Under the pieces are notes generated by a model that was not told the DNA's origin, ran no database searches, and was given only the letters and a program-made list of their open reading frames with translations. From the NCBI GenBank assembly GCA_002269645.1, contig NIVC01000859.1, positions 310,001 to 374,000 on the forward strand: DNA of 64,000 nt, given 5' to 3'. The position numbers and the translations under genes were made by a program. Every line of letters starts with the position of its first letter. The first letter of the stretch is position 1. Origin of the DNA: Macrostomum lignano (lineage: Eukaryota). Of the stretch, positions 45,872-60,334 are shown in pieces.

Positions 45872-47729
45872 ATGAAGCGGAACATTGAACGGACGGCGAC
45901 TCCGCCAGACAGACAAGCGACATACGAAGCCGACCGGGTCGCTGAAGATGACAGCACTCAGCAGCAGCAGGAGCAGCAAGCAAAGAATCCAGGAGCTGTA
46001 CAAAGACCGCGAACCGCCCTTGAGGTTGCTCGGTCCAGCGGCATGTTCAAGGACTACTTAGCTGGATTAGACAACCTCCGCTCGATAGTAAACGATTGCG
46101 AGAACCGTCTCGCCCAGGCTTTGAACGAGTTCTACGGCACAACGGAAAAAGACGAGCAGATGTTCAACGCATTTAACATCGAGGTCAACAAAGCGTTCGA
46201 AGCGTGCAACTCCTGCCTGGACAAGGCCGGCCATCAGGCTATCATTGTTGATGGCCAAGCCCCGATTGCTACGCTGGTGAACAAGCTGAAGGAATACCGA
46301 TTGGCCGCTAATCCGGAGGACACTCAACTGCTGCTACAGTTTTGGGAGTCGTTCAAGCTGGCTCTGGAGCAGCTGCAGACCATCGCGGATGACTACGAGC
46401 GTCGAGTGCTGTCAAAACTGCGCACAGGGTGCCTGATTGCCTCGAGCGGCGCAATGGCGACCGCCAAATCGCCGCTGTCGAAGGCCTACGAAGCCGAGGC
46501 CGCCGCCTACTCCAAGGAGCTGGAGACCGTCCGCACGAGAGTCCGACTGCTCTGCCACAGCGCCGGCACCCACATGCGAATGGAGCTGCTAGGCAAAGCC
46601 TCTCACACCGAGAGAGTCCTCATCAACTGTAACGACGACTTCTATCCGATCCTGTGCGTAGTGCCTGACCTGACGGTCAAGCTGGAGTCCATGGCCCGCA
46701 TCGCCTACCAGTGGCTGGACAAAGACGAGACCTACTTGTTTGAGGTGTCCGCCAACTGCGCGATAAACGAAGCGAAACACGCGAGATGGAACAGCAACTC
46801 AGAGCTGAGCGCGAGAAACACCGACTGCTACTGAAGTCAGTGAAGTCAGCTTACCTGATGTGTCAAAACAGCAAGAAGCGACTTCGAGAAATCACGCAAG
46901 AGCTGAAAAACCTCGAGGAGCATATTGAGCACTCGGCTCGGGAACGGCGGGCCAAGATGGACGAGAAAAAGCAGAAGAAGGAGATGGCCGACTTTTTAGA
47001 CTTGAGCATCACTCAGACTAAAATGAATTACGCGCTCCAGGTGAGTTCTTTCGTTGATTAGATAGATGCTTTGATCGTGCTAACGAAGTGAAGTCAAATG
47101 CGGGTAAAAACAGACCACAATTACTTTTAACTTTTTTGGGTAGCGTATTGGCTGGCTATCCAGATCCCTATGCCACACGAGCTGGTAATCAAAGTGATGT
47201 ACTCTAATACTCTGTATGCACATACTCCATCAGACAAAGTGTTATTTTTTACTGATGATATTTTTCGTAATTTTCATTGATAAACAAGTTTGTTGCACTC
47301 GTAATGGGCTAAAACATCCCATTTCCCATCTACCAGCTCAAACGCCAGCGTCTGATGGCCCAGATTCAGGAACTGGAGGAGTTCCTGCGCAAAGTTGAGC
47401 AGGAAATCAGCTCGCTCAAGACCCAGATTCAAACAAAGACTAATGAGAGAAAGTCGGCCGAAGACCTGTACCAGGCGCAGGACAGCAACTTCGCGAATAT
47501 GAAGACCGACTTAGAAGGCTACACTAAAAAAGTACAAGAGATGAGCAACGAACTCCGCGGCGTCCGCCAGCATCTCAGTCATCTGGAGAGCATCCAGAGC
47601 CTCAAAACCAGTCCGGAGACTGTGGACACTTTCTACGAAAGGCCTCGCAGCGTGAAGCTGGCGCCGTCGCTCATGGAGTCGATCAACATGAAAAAACGAC
47701 GTCTCCTGAAGCAGTCAGTTAAAAGTTGA
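45872..47729 (+). CDS. Uncharacterised coiled-coil protein (2 exons; apparent 1-nt frameshift at ~46755)
   Basis: GC-rich ORF 45872 to ~46755 continues in another frame (LRDKRSETREMEQQL...) to the donor at 47041; exon 2 is 47337-47729 (phase 0). Helical, heptad-rich. No family recognised. Confidence 0.7.
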
Positions 47730-49323
47730 CTGAATTTCAGGGAAGTGTGCATTGCGTTTACCGAAAAAATCTGCGTTGTGTAAAATTTGGTAGAATTCTA
47801 AATTTGATAAAAGAACAATTTTAATTGTCATGAAACTGATATGAAAATCAGGTAGCCGAACTTCAGATGCTTTGCTCACGGCATTTACGCTCGTTAGATG
47901 CTTCTCGCTTTTGTAACGATAATATTTATATCAGATTAATTTGTTATTGTCCCAAAAATAGCTATCGAGTTCTATTTTGCAGACAGGAATTTCGATATTC
48001 TGTAGTTAAAATAACAAATACTCCTAGTTCTAAACAGTTTTGGCAGCTCGCCAAAATTAAAACTCTCTGATTTCTAAACCAGCGAGCAATCATCCAAGAC
48101 TCTCAACTTACTTTTTTGTACAGCAAGCAAAGTCAAACTTGTTTTTGTTGTAATGAAACTCCTGCCGGTTTGTCGATAATTATCTTTTGTTAGAAATTGC
48201 TTTGCTTATATTATTTGAGTCGATTTTGACTGCGTCAAAACAAAATATTAGCGTCAAACAATTAATATTTTTTCCTTAGAATAACTTTTATCTGTTTGCA
48301 TATAAAATTTGTAGTGAATAAAACAAGAAATTTGATATTGTGATATTATTATTCACATTTGAATATTATATTAAATTTACTCAGTTGTATGACGTAGCGA
48401 GTTCGAGATGTAGTTAGCGATTAATTAAGCATTAGTTATTTATTTATTAGTTAGCTAGTTCAATTATTAGTAGTGTTGACACGCAGGGTACGAGACAAAA
48501 CGCCGAGTTGAGGAGAGTACAATAACGAGCGCGAGGCAACAATTTAAATTGGCGGGGAAATCCGATTCATTTAAACCTAAGATGTCTATAAAAAAGTAAT
48601 AATAACTTGGACTTAAATAAATAAAACTTGAAGCACATTTTTTTCTAAATAAATTACATTAAATTAATAGCTAGGGAACCTGCAAATTAATCAACTACAA
48701 TAATTTTAAGTAATAAAAACTCAGATAGAAACTAAAAATTTAAGATGCTAACGACGTCGTCACAGTTTCTTCGTCGAGATTAAAAATTATATCTTAGGAT
48801 TTTCAAATTTGAAACAATAATTTCGCTTCTCCGAAATTATAAAGTAACGGTTTTCGCAACAATTATTGAAATCGATGTTAGAAAATTGTTGATAAAGGCT
48901 CGTTCACACCCAGGAGCGTATAGCCTGGCAGGGAGGGCAAGGGCCTTCCCCTAATAGAGTGGCACAGCAGGTTCGCCGTCTCTGTGTCCATTGGTAGTAA
49001 TAGATCCCCAAAAACTTATTTGGCGCTGGGCACCCCTTGGTGCTGGCGCTCCTGGGTGCTAAAGCCCGTCGCTGGCCCCAAGGCGCCTCCCCATCAAAGA
49101 GCCTGGCTCCTCTCATGGGTACACTGCGATCATGAGGCTTCGTTACATTGTGCGTATCTTCGTTGCACTCTTTTTATAACCATATCTCGTTAATTAGGCA
49201 ACCTCACTCAGACTTTATTTTAATTGCCTAGTCATTTTAAGTGAAAACAACATTGATTTCTTGTAATTTTTATTAGGCTTACATGCTGAATAGTTAGAGG
49301 TAAATGAAGCATAATTTCTTGAA

Positions 49324-49740
49324 TCAGTTGGGCCTGAGCACCGGTTGAATTCGACCGCTTTGACCTTTGCGCGCCTCGCTGAACTGCCTCAGCTGCTGCA
49401 CGAGCTCCCAAGAGCGCTGCCGCTGCGGGAAGTCCGGGTCCTGCACGCACTGCATCAGGTAGTCATTCTCGTCAATCAGACGCTTCATCTCCTTCTCGAT
49501 GATGCACACTTTTGATTGCAGCGAGTTTACCAACTGGCCCTGATATTCAATCTTTGCATTGGCGGCTGCCAGCCTCGCGGACAGCTCCGGCAGGCTCACA
49601 GCCGACTGACTCGTTTCGTCAACTGTTGCTAGGGAAGCGCCGCCGATCGATGGGAGATCCGTGCTTTGGGCCTTCTTCCGGATCAGGCGTTTGGAGTCTG
49701 CAGACTCGGCAGCTGATAGCTTGACAGTCTCAGATGCCAT
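49324..49740 (-). CDS. Small uncharacterised coiled-coil protein (138 aa, single exon)
   Basis: ATG start, GC-rich codons, heptads (LSARLAAANAKIEYQGQLVNSLQSKVCIIEKEMKRL); AATAAA on the minus strand at 49269-49274. Confidence 0.65.
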   Translation of the reverse strand: MASETVKLSAAESADSKRLIRKKAQSTDLPSIGGASLATVDETSQSAVSLPELSARLAAANAKIEYQGQLVNSLQSKVCIIEKEMKRLIDENDYLMQCVQDPDFPQRQRSWELVQQLRQFSEARKGQSGRIQPVLRPN

Positions 49741-50362
49741 TTAGTGCGTGCGTGTGACAAAAATGGAAAGGCGAATAGAAAAACGCAAGCTGTTATAAAT
49801 CCGTCCGAGCCACTTCAGCTGCATGCAGTCGACTGCGCACGAGGCAGCATTTTTCTAACCCGCATTGCAGTTCCCATCCGAAGTATTCTGTGCAAAACAA
49901 TGCAATTTCAGTCATTGTTTGCCGTGCCGGTTTTGTCTAGATAGAAAGACGAGAGCAATTGACTCTGGTGCCTGAGTCAGCTGATAGATTAATTGCTTCC
50001 GCTTTATCTTCTCCTGTCTCAGAGCTTACAGCAGACTTCCCATTTGTCAGGTGTTGATTCCCAGGAATTTTACATTCATTTTAAATTGTGAAACAGCCTC
50101 TGCCTGGCTCAGAGGCTGCCAATAGAGAATACGATGGTGGAGCCTTCCGTGATGCTTGGCTGCTTGCTTCAAGACAAGCCTCAGGAAATTTTACTTGGAG
50201 TTGTCTTTCGTTCCGCTTTGTAAGCGTCACTTTCTTCGACTTTTGACACTCTTCATTTTTATTTAAACAGATCAGCTTAAAAGCTTGCGATGCCTTCCTA
50301 CCTGCTACTTGAAATTTTAAATCAGTTTATTTGGACACACGAGAACGAAGCGACGAGTTCTC

Positions 50363-51080
50363 ATGCCTCGAAACCCAAGCCTAAGCCTAGAATCGAGATC
50401 TAGCAGCGCCTCAACCGACTCCGAGTTGCTGCTTCAGCAGTATCGCAACCAGCAGCAGACGCGGAAACAGAAAGTGTTTCAGCAGCATGCAAAAGTCACC
50501 GAAAAGACGACAACAACGCAACAGCACCACAAGCAGGAAACCGAGCAGCAAAAGCAGTCGAAAATGCCTCATAATCGGCAGAAGCAAGTTCACAAGCCTC
50601 GAGCCTGGGCACAAACCCACAACACGAAACTATAGCATGGACCCTCGGAACGCCGATAGGCCGGGAGCTCGGCAGGATCATCACCGGCTGCAGCGTCAGC
50701 TGCATCAACAGCAGCGAGAGAGCTAGCAGCTGCAGGACCTGCTGGACTATCAGCTAGAGCAGCATCGCTACAAGCGATACTCGATTCAATTGGCCAGAAT
50801 GTCGGACTGCATCGCGCCTATGCCGGCGGCAATCAGCGATAGGGAGAAAACTCGAACCTGCCTGCTGGACCAGAACGCCCTGTGCAACTTTGCCAGAATT
50901 CGCCTGAACCGGCTGGAAGCTCGAGTCGATGAGGCTCGACAGACTCTCGCTGAGGTGCGAGACGCTCTGCAGCAGAACCGAGAGAGGGCCAAAATTAAAC
51001 AGCTGCAGAAAATGCTGCTGGAAAAGCAAAAAGCGGAAAATCAGAATAAGAAATTTAAGTTGTTAACGTACGTGGAGTAA
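50363..51080 (+). pseudogene. Disrupted Gln-rich / coiled-coil ORF
   Basis: Q-rich frame from 50363 stops at 50633-35. A second frame has an in-frame TAG at 50724-26, then continues QLQDLLDYQLEQ...RLNRLEARVDEARQTLAEVRDALQQ to 51080. Possible donor at 51068 and terminal exon at 52183-52219. Confidence 0.5.
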
Positions 51081-51129
51081 ATTCACTGTGATGTTTGAAA
51101 TATTACACCTGACTTGAAAAGAATTTATG

Positions 51130-51999
<870 letters not shown>

Positions 52000-52799
52000 T
52001 CAAAATATATTGGGAGCCTTTTTTACCGTTGTAGCTCGTAAAAAGTTTCCTAAAATATAATTTCAGTTTTCAGAAAAATTATTCTCTATCATTTTCAAGC
52101 TATCGCACTTGAAGCGGCTTTATCAGGCTTATATTTTACTATTTCATTCATTTAAACAAGACAGCGATTTGTCTTTGCGTAGGTTGTGCCAAGAAGAAAA
52201 ATGCACCGACATCATCTGAAGTGTCATCAGAGTGCATGTGGCGTGTCTCTAGCCATTAATTGTGTTTCGTAGTTTTCCGCCTCTTGGTGAGCATCTCAGA
52301 ACGCAAATTAGAGTTCTCAGCTCGACAGAAAATCTTCTTTCTGTCTCTGTCTGCTCTTTTTTCGTTCTCGAGCGATCATGGTTCATTCAGTGTGCTGCAC
52401 TCTGCCATTGCTTTGGCTGAAGACACTTCGGACACAAAATTACTGCTTAATAAAAAAGTCTAAAATTTTCGGGACCACTTCGCTGCCATGTGGGTCTTCA
52501 TTGGAAGTGCTATAAATGGACAATCAACCCTCTTAGCTGTTTAGAAGACACTAACTAAAAGCTAATTACAAGAATTTTTTTACAAGAATAATTTTTTCGA
52601 TTTGATCATATGAGTTTGTTGGCTTAAGATAAGCTATTCTAAAAATCAACCAAACCGTTGTAATAACCAGTTTATCAAAATACTAATGATAACGAATCAT
52701 AGAATATTGAAATTTGAAATCTGTTGATCGTAAGCTGACAGCCTACAGCCTACGGTTGTCTGCCAAAAGTTTTTTGAAATAAATTTCTAAATGGATCAA

Positions 52800-53575
<776 letters not shown>

Positions 53576-54439
53576 TCTTCTTCCTCAGGTCTCCTTGGCC
53601 TGCTTGTAGGTTGGTGAGAACTTGGTCGGAAATTATTGCAATGCTTGCCTTGTTGTCTTGGAGAAATAAAAAGCGCTGCTGGGAAAAAGCAGAGACACAG
53701 AGAGATAGCAATCTTGTAGTTTTACGACGCCGGCACTGTCTCAGCAGGTTTGAAAATGAGCTCTGCTCATCGGTGTGACAAGCCCACCCAGACATGCTTT
53801 CTCCCTCACCCTTGTCAACGTCGCCCACCCTCGGCTGCCTCTGTTGCATTATCCATTCATTTAGTGACAGCGAGACAGAGAGAAAAGCAAAGTGCTCTTT
53901 CTGCCGCCCAGGAGGGTCGTTTTTTTTCTTTTCATTCTTATTTCTGCTTCTGCGCACCATTTTCTAGCGAAAACTCTGAGAGAATTGATGGTCTTTATTT
54001 CATAGCTTGTTTTTACTGCAAGTAAGTGTGTATACGCCCGGCTCACTCTCCCTCTCACTCTCTCCCCCAAGCTTCTCATTTCTATTGCTCAGTCGGATGT
54101 CTCTAAGGCGCAGGCTGGGAGCGGAGTGGCCCACAATCCGTTCTCCATCAGGCTCTGTCAATCTTACTTGACCAATATGGTCGCGGGTGAGCCAGTCAGC
54201 ATTAAGCGTGATGAATGGCGTCTCCATCTATAAAAAGACCCGTCGCATTTAACTGTAATTGAAAGAAAACTATAAGTTATCGACTAGAAGTACGTTTTCG
54301 ACAGTGCAGCAACAAGCGACATGGATTTTGACTACTCCGAGCAAATTGAAATTCGACCATCAAAAAGGTAGGTTTGCTATTTCAAGCGTTAGTAACTTGA
54401 GTCATTGTTACCAGGCATCTTAGTCTCCCTCAGCTCGAA

Positions 54440-55930
54440 AATTCCCCATGAGTCTTGACAACTCAAGCGATTCCTTATGAGTCTTGACAGCTCAGCGATT
54501 CTCCATGAGTCTTGACAACTCAAGCGATTCCCCATGAGTCTTGACAACTCAGCGATTCCCCATGAGTCTTGACAGCTCAGCGATTTCCCATGATTCTTGA
54601 CAACTCAGCGATTCCTTATGAGTCTTGACAGCTCTGCGATTCCCCATGATTCTTGACAACTCAGCGATTCCTTATGAGTCTTGACAACTCAGCGATTCCT
54701 TATGAGTCCTGACAACTCAGCGATTCCTTATGAGTCTTGACAACTCCAGCGATTCCTTATGAGTCTTGACAACTCCAGCGATTCCTTATGAGTCTTGACA
54801 ACTTAAGCGATTCCCCATGATTCTTGACAACTCAGCGATTCCTTATGAGTCTTGACAGCTCAGCGATTTCCCATGATTCTTGACAACTCAGCGATTCCTT
54901 ATGAGTCTTGACAGCTCAGCGATTTTCCATGATTCTTGACAACTCAGCGATTCCTTATGAGTCTTGACAGCTCAGCGATTCCTTATGAGTCTTGACAGCT
55001 CAGCGATTCCTTATGAGTCTTGACAACTCAGCGATTCCTTATGAGTCTTGACAACTCCAGCGATTCCTTATGAGTCTTGACAACTCCAGCGATTCCTTAT
55101 GAGTCTTGACAACTTAAGCGATTCCCCATGAGTCTTGACAGCTCAGCGATTTCCCATGATTCTTGACAACTCAGCGATTCCCCATGAGTCTTGACAGCTC
55201 AGCGATTTCCCATGATTCTTGACAACTCAGCGATTCCTTATGAGTCTTGACAGCTCTGCGATTCCCCATGATTCTTGACAACTCAGCGATTCCTTATGAG
55301 TCTTGACAACTCCAGCGATTCCTTATGAGTCTTGACAACTCAGCGATTCCTTATGAGTCTTGACAACTTAAGCGATTCCCCATGATTCTTGACAACTCAG
55401 CGATTCCTTATGAGTCTTGACAGCTCAGCGATTTCCCATGATTCTTGACAACTCAGCGATTCCTTATGAGTCTTGACAACTTAAGCGATTCCCCATGATT
55501 CTTGACAACTCAGCGATTCCCCATGAGTCTTGACAGCTCAGCGATTCCTTATGAGTCTTGACAACTCAGCGATTCTTTATGAGTCTTGACAGCTCAGCGA
55601 TTCCTTATGAGTCTTGACAGCTCAGCGATTCCTTATGAGTCTTGACAGCTCAGCGATTCCTTATGAGTCTTGACAGCTCAGCGATTCCTTATGAGTCTTG
55701 ACAACTCAGCGATTCCTTATGAGTCTTGACAGCTCAGCGATTCCTTATGAGTCTTGACAACTCAGCGATTCCTTATAAGTCTTGACAACTCAGCGATTCC
55801 TTATGAGTCTTGACAACTTAAGCGATTCCTTATGATTCTTGACAACTCAGCGATTCCTTATGAGTCTTGACAACTTAAGCGATTCCCCATGATTCTTGAC
55901 AACTCAGCGATTCCTTATGAGTCTTGACAA
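54440..55930. repeat. 28-bp minisatellite (~53 copies)
   Basis: Unit TTATGAGTCTTGACAACTCAGCGATTCC, with an internal hairpin TGAGT-n7-ACTCA. Confidence 0.95.
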
Positions 55931-56099
55931 ACCAACAATTCCCTACGACACTTAAAAACTCAACAATTCCCCATAATAAGTTTGAACACAGCTTGACATT
56001 ATTGCCTAATGATTGCCTAATTAGTGCTTCGTCATAACTGAAAATCAATATCTTGACTATTAAATCCCAATTACACCCGTTAGCAAAGGCTGCCCCTAA

Positions 56100-56520
56100 A
56101 TTAACGACGCCAGAGAATACCCCATAGGTTGCAGGCAACATGAATCAGCTGCGTGAGGCTACAGGGATGCAACGCCAGGGGGGGCGTTGCCACCCATACC
56201 CAAAACCCCTGGCGACCACGGACCCTCCGAAGAGTCCCGGAAGTGGATTGGGTCTTCCGGAGAGCCCTCAGTTAGCTTACAAGCTGGTGAAACTTTCCGG
56301 GTCCTAAAACGTTGGAGAGGTCCGTGTTTGGGCCGATGTATGTGAAGCCTCTCCTGTGTAAAGGCGGGGCATTCACAGATGAAGTAGTGGTACATAACAG
56401 AACAGGTCACCGCATTGATGTCCCTGCGGTTGAGTCCAAGCAGGGCCCTGCAGAAAGCGACGGGACAGGCAACGGTAGTGCAGGGCTTCTGGCATTTTTG
56501 TGTTGGGAAAATTTCCATAA
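56100..56520 (-). mobile_element. Degenerate 3' fragment of a non-LTR retrotransposon (I/LOA-like)
   Basis: Minus frame LLGLNRRDI...[15 protein letters not shown] resembles the C-terminal zinc-knuckle region of I/LOA ORF2. It is followed by an 8-bp stem-loop GCAACGCC-n6-GGCGTTGC at 56169-56190. Confidence 0.5.
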
Positions 56521-57510
56521 CTTAATCATCAATACTACTTACTGAAAGTAGCTCATAAGCCGGACTGATAGGTTCTATTGCTAGACATATCACTATAGCT
56601 GTTAGAAGCTAAAAAATACATATTATAGTTTTATTTAGAATTTCGATTAAAACTATTATAAAACGAACGTTTTCGTTTGTGGTACTTTGAGTAGTGCTAT
56701 TATTGAACCCAAAACTTTAGATTAAGTGGGCATGCTTGCAACATATCTTAAGCCATGCCCCCCGGGGTTTGGCCTGAATGTTTGCACAACAATCTACAAG
56801 CTGAGAGCATTGGAGGCTGAGGCTATTCAAGTAGTCAAACGGAAATAATTGATGGCCTACTGCTCACTTCCTTGTGAGCTACATTGGGTCTCTCTGTGTT
56901 GACACTGCTGCAGGGTGGCCTTGTTATGGCTTGTTGGCCATGTCCTCTCTTCTTCAAGGAGCCTGCAGGAGTCAGAAACCCCCAGTGCCCCTTGTCCCCA
57001 AACTATTGGTCGCTATAAAATTGGACGACAAGCCAGTCTGCACCCGCCCTCTGACAGCAGACTGATCCCCGTCTAGAGCCGGAATTCTCCTCACGGACCA
57101 GCTGCTTAGCAACTGCAGGCAGATGCACAATAAGCCAGACTGCCAGGCAGAACGCTTTGAATAGCATCACCAACCCCGGTTACTTTTTGCGTATTTCATC
57201 CAAGCATTGTGCTTCTGCGATGCTGCACCTTTTGTAGCTCGCACTTCTATTCTGTTCTTCCTGGATCCCCGGTCTTGAGAAACTGAATAGGCTGGGCTTA
57301 GTGCAGAGAGCCCAGCTTACAACGCAGCTTACAACTCTGAGCAGAGTCGCATTGGACAGATCGGAAGTTGACGGGGAATTTTCTTGTACAGTTAAAATAA
57401 GTAGAAGTTTTTGAAGAGTTAAAAAGGCCGAGAGGATCAGCTCCGTATAAATCAGGCAAAATCCCTCTACACCATTGAAATCATGTCGCAGAGATGAGGA
57501 GGCATTCAAG

Positions 57511-58371
57511 ATGGAGGATCAAGGCTCCGCTCTGCTGCACTACTCCGAGGCCGAGCTCACGGCCAGTCGAATCAATCTGAAGGAGCGCCGGCTTCTGTCG
57601 CGCAGCTGGGCCCGCCTGGAGGCCGATCGGAGCTACCGGATGCGCTGCCTGCAGACGGACCTGCGCCTGGCCGAGCTGGGCCGCGCACGCTTGGAGACGC
57701 GCAGCGCTCGGGTGCGCAGCAATCTGACGCAGGACGAGCGCAGCGGCTACCGTCGATTGGACGCCGCTGGTATGCTTCGCCTGCCGTCGGGTTGTAGCTA
57801 TTACCGACGTCCGGCACACCTGGAGCCGGCCCAGCTCATCCAGTCGGCTCAGAGACGCTTAGAGGCCGGCGGCACGTGCAGTCGTCTCACTCGGAGGCAA
57901 CACTCGCCGCAGCGCCTGCTGCGACCGAGCACCAGCAAAACCGCCAGCTCCAGCGCGGTGCGCTTTGTCCGCTCCGACACCGCATTCGACGCGCCAGACG
58001 TGGACGACATCAGTGACGCTTCATCGACGACATCGACTTCTTCAGCGTCGACAACGGAGAGTCTGCGTCAATTGCGCACTGCTGCGGCCGCGTCCTTGGC
58101 GCGTCAGAGGCCGCAGACGACAACAGCAACAGCCAGGAGTTCCTACAGCGCCCTTCAACAGCAGCAGCAGCAGCAGCAACAAAGGCTTCGGCTAACCAGC
58201 CAGTCCTGCCATTCCGCATTTTACACCGGCGGCGAGCAGCGGCAGAGCCACTCGATGGACGCCGCTAGCAGGCGTCGGGCTTGGGCGGAGGCTGAACGGC
58301 AGAAGCAGCGCAACTTGGACAGACCAGTGAAGGAGTTTCTGCGCTCCCTGGAGCAGCTGCGGGTCGCTTGA
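57511..58371 (+). CDS. Uncharacterised protein (~286 aa): N-terminal coiled coil, S/T/Q-rich middle, C-terminal helix (loosely CCDC190-like)
   Basis: GC-rich ORF; acceptor-like GTCGCAG at 57484-90 just upstream of the ATG; INLKERRLLSRSWARLEADR and LDRPVKEFLRSL. Family resemblance is from memory only. Confidence 0.7.
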   Translation: MEDQGSALLHYSEAELTASRINLKERRLLSRSWARLEADRSYRMRCLQTDLRLAELGRARLETRSARVRSNLTQDERSGYRRLDAAGMLRLPSGCSYYRRPAHLEPAQLIQSAQRRLEAGGTCSRLTRRQHSPQRLLRPSTSKTASSSAVRFVRSDTAFDAPDVDDISDASSTTSTSSASTTESLRQLRTAAAASLARQRPQTTTATARSSYSALQQQQQQQQQRLRLTSQSCHSAFYTGGEQRQSHSMDAASRRRAWAEAERQKQRNLDRPVKEFLRSLEQLRVA

Positions 58372-58597
58372 AAATGAGCTTATTTTTTCAAAGGCATTAT
58401 TCTACATTTACTACTGCACATAATATGCAAATAATTTTTCATAGCTAATGGTTTCTGATCGTGTGTATGGCTTTGAAGAATTTTGACTCTCTAAAATAAA
58501 GAATTTTATTCGTAATTTTTGCAGTGACAGGTAGATCCGCCTGAGAAAATTTGATAAATAGCAGTCGATTTTCTCTTTCTGAAGCGTACTTTCAAAA

Positions 58598-59155
58598 GAA
58601 ATGAAATGAAAAAAATGAGAATTGAGAAATGAGGAATGAGAATTGAGAAATGAGAATTGAGAAATGAGAAATGAGAATTAGGAAATTACAATTGAGAAAT
58701 GAGAAATGAGAATTGAGAAATGAGAATTGAGAATTGAGAAATGAGAAATGAGAATTGAGAAATGAGAATTCAGAAATGAGGAATGAGAATTGAGAAATGA
58801 GAATTGAAAAATGAGAAATGAGAATTAAGAAATTACAATTGAGAAATGAGAAATGAGAATTGAGAAATGAGAAATGAGAATCGAGAAATGAGAATTCAGA
58901 AATGAGAATTCAGAAATGAGGAATGAGAAATGAGAAATGAGAATTGAAAAATGAGAAATGAGAATTAAGAAATTACAATTGAGAAATGAGAAATGAGAAT
59001 TAAGAAATTACAATTGAGAAATGAGAAATGAGAATTGAGAAATGAGAAATGAGAATCGAGAAATGAGAATTGAAAAATGAGAATTGAGAAATGAGAAATG
59101 AGAATCGAGAAATGATAAATGAGAAATTAGAAATTAGAATTGAGAAATGAAATTT
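58598..59155. repeat. 7-bp degenerate satellite (GAGAAAT/GAGAATT)n
   Basis: Direct reading. Confidence 0.92.
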
Positions 59156-59559
59156 TGCGCAAATGTGAGAATAGTGTTCCAAGTTTTACCGGCTAGAGGC
59201 AAAGATTATCACCGGCATTAACGAAATGAGACATTTTTATGCAAATAAGCCAAATACTACAAGTATATTACGTTTTGGAGACAAAAGTCTATTATAAAAA
59301 TCGAAAACCTCTCAAACGCTTTCGCCAAGTACGTCATCGTCTTTTGCATATTGGCCCAGACATGCTTGGGTTGCTAGTGGACAAGTTTTAACGCTGTAAA
59401 AAGTTCGCACCAATTTAAACATCCCGCAAAGATTTTAAAGAGAATTCGGCTCCGCAAGTAGCACGATCACTTTCCATATTCCTTTTGACCACCTATATCG
59501 ACCTGGAAATCTCAGAAATCTCGAAAGCCGCTCAACTCCATCGGGTCTCTTTATTTTTA

Positions 59560-59826
59560 TATAATTAGAGGCAGTGAGGTTGTGTGCAACCTTACGCACA
59601 TTGTCACACAATTAACCGGCGAGAGGCATTACTCCGACTCCCCTGAGCAGGCACACAGGCTCGCAGATACGTATAGATACGCAATCATACGCACAGGCAC
59701 ACACTCACACAGGAGTGTACAGCGGCCCTAACTTTATTTATCCTTAAACATGTACACCTCACTGTTTCTAGGGGTTGGCTCTCAATGGCGTTAATTGCTC
59801 GAGCTGAGCCAAGCCGAGATTCCAGT
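59560..59826 (-). mobile_element. tRNA-derived SINE family B, headless inverted copy
   Basis: Reverse complement of the body and tail of 40704-41065 (CACTCACACAGGAGTGTACAGCGGCCCTAACTTTATTT; GAGCCAAGCCGAGATTCCA). Confidence 0.85.
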
Positions 59827-60334
59827 TTCTTCAAATGTAGCGAAAAAGTTTCCGGTAGGATTTCTGAGCAGATCTCTTACAATTCAGAGCAACATGGATT
59901 CGACTGGTTGCATAAAACGCTTGACGAAAGCAAGCCTGAGAAAGGTCCTGGAGCTGGAGGAGATCTCTCAAACTGTGCTCAGTGGCAGGCTACTACTCAG
60001 AACTGAGGAAAAGGTATGCGGCTGCTGGCTAAGTCACATTAGAGGCACCTAAGCTAAAATTCACAGCTCAAAGCGAGGGGCACTTGCTCATCAACTTTGA
60101 GCCCCCATTCCGTGCAGTGCCTGCTGAGCAGTCCTCAGAGAAACATGCACGTGAGATTGAAATTGTTGAAAAATCAACTCTGATTATGCTAAAATTGAAT
60201 TCTAAAATGCATGGGGTGATGACGTGAGAAGTGAATCGTGGCAAGAAAATCACCAAAAAAAGATAAAAATCTGTGGTAAAGTTGTGCGTCTGAGAAAAAG
60301 TAGAATTAAGAAGGTGAGTGCTATCATTTTTTAT

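Noticed and set aside
46740-46800. Programmed -1 ribosomal frameshift
   Set aside because: No X_XXY_YYZ slippery site; an error or null allele is more parsimonious.
48904-49130. GC-rich MITE-like patch
   Set aside because: No matching TIR pair or TSD found.
54440-55930. CRISPR-like appearance of 20-37-bp repeat arrays
   Set aside because: Units are head-to-tail with no unique spacers, there are no cas genes, and the context is eukaryotic.
56820-57200. Possible RTE-like LINE fragment (LVGHVL...)
   Set aside because: Similarity is too short and interrupted to support.
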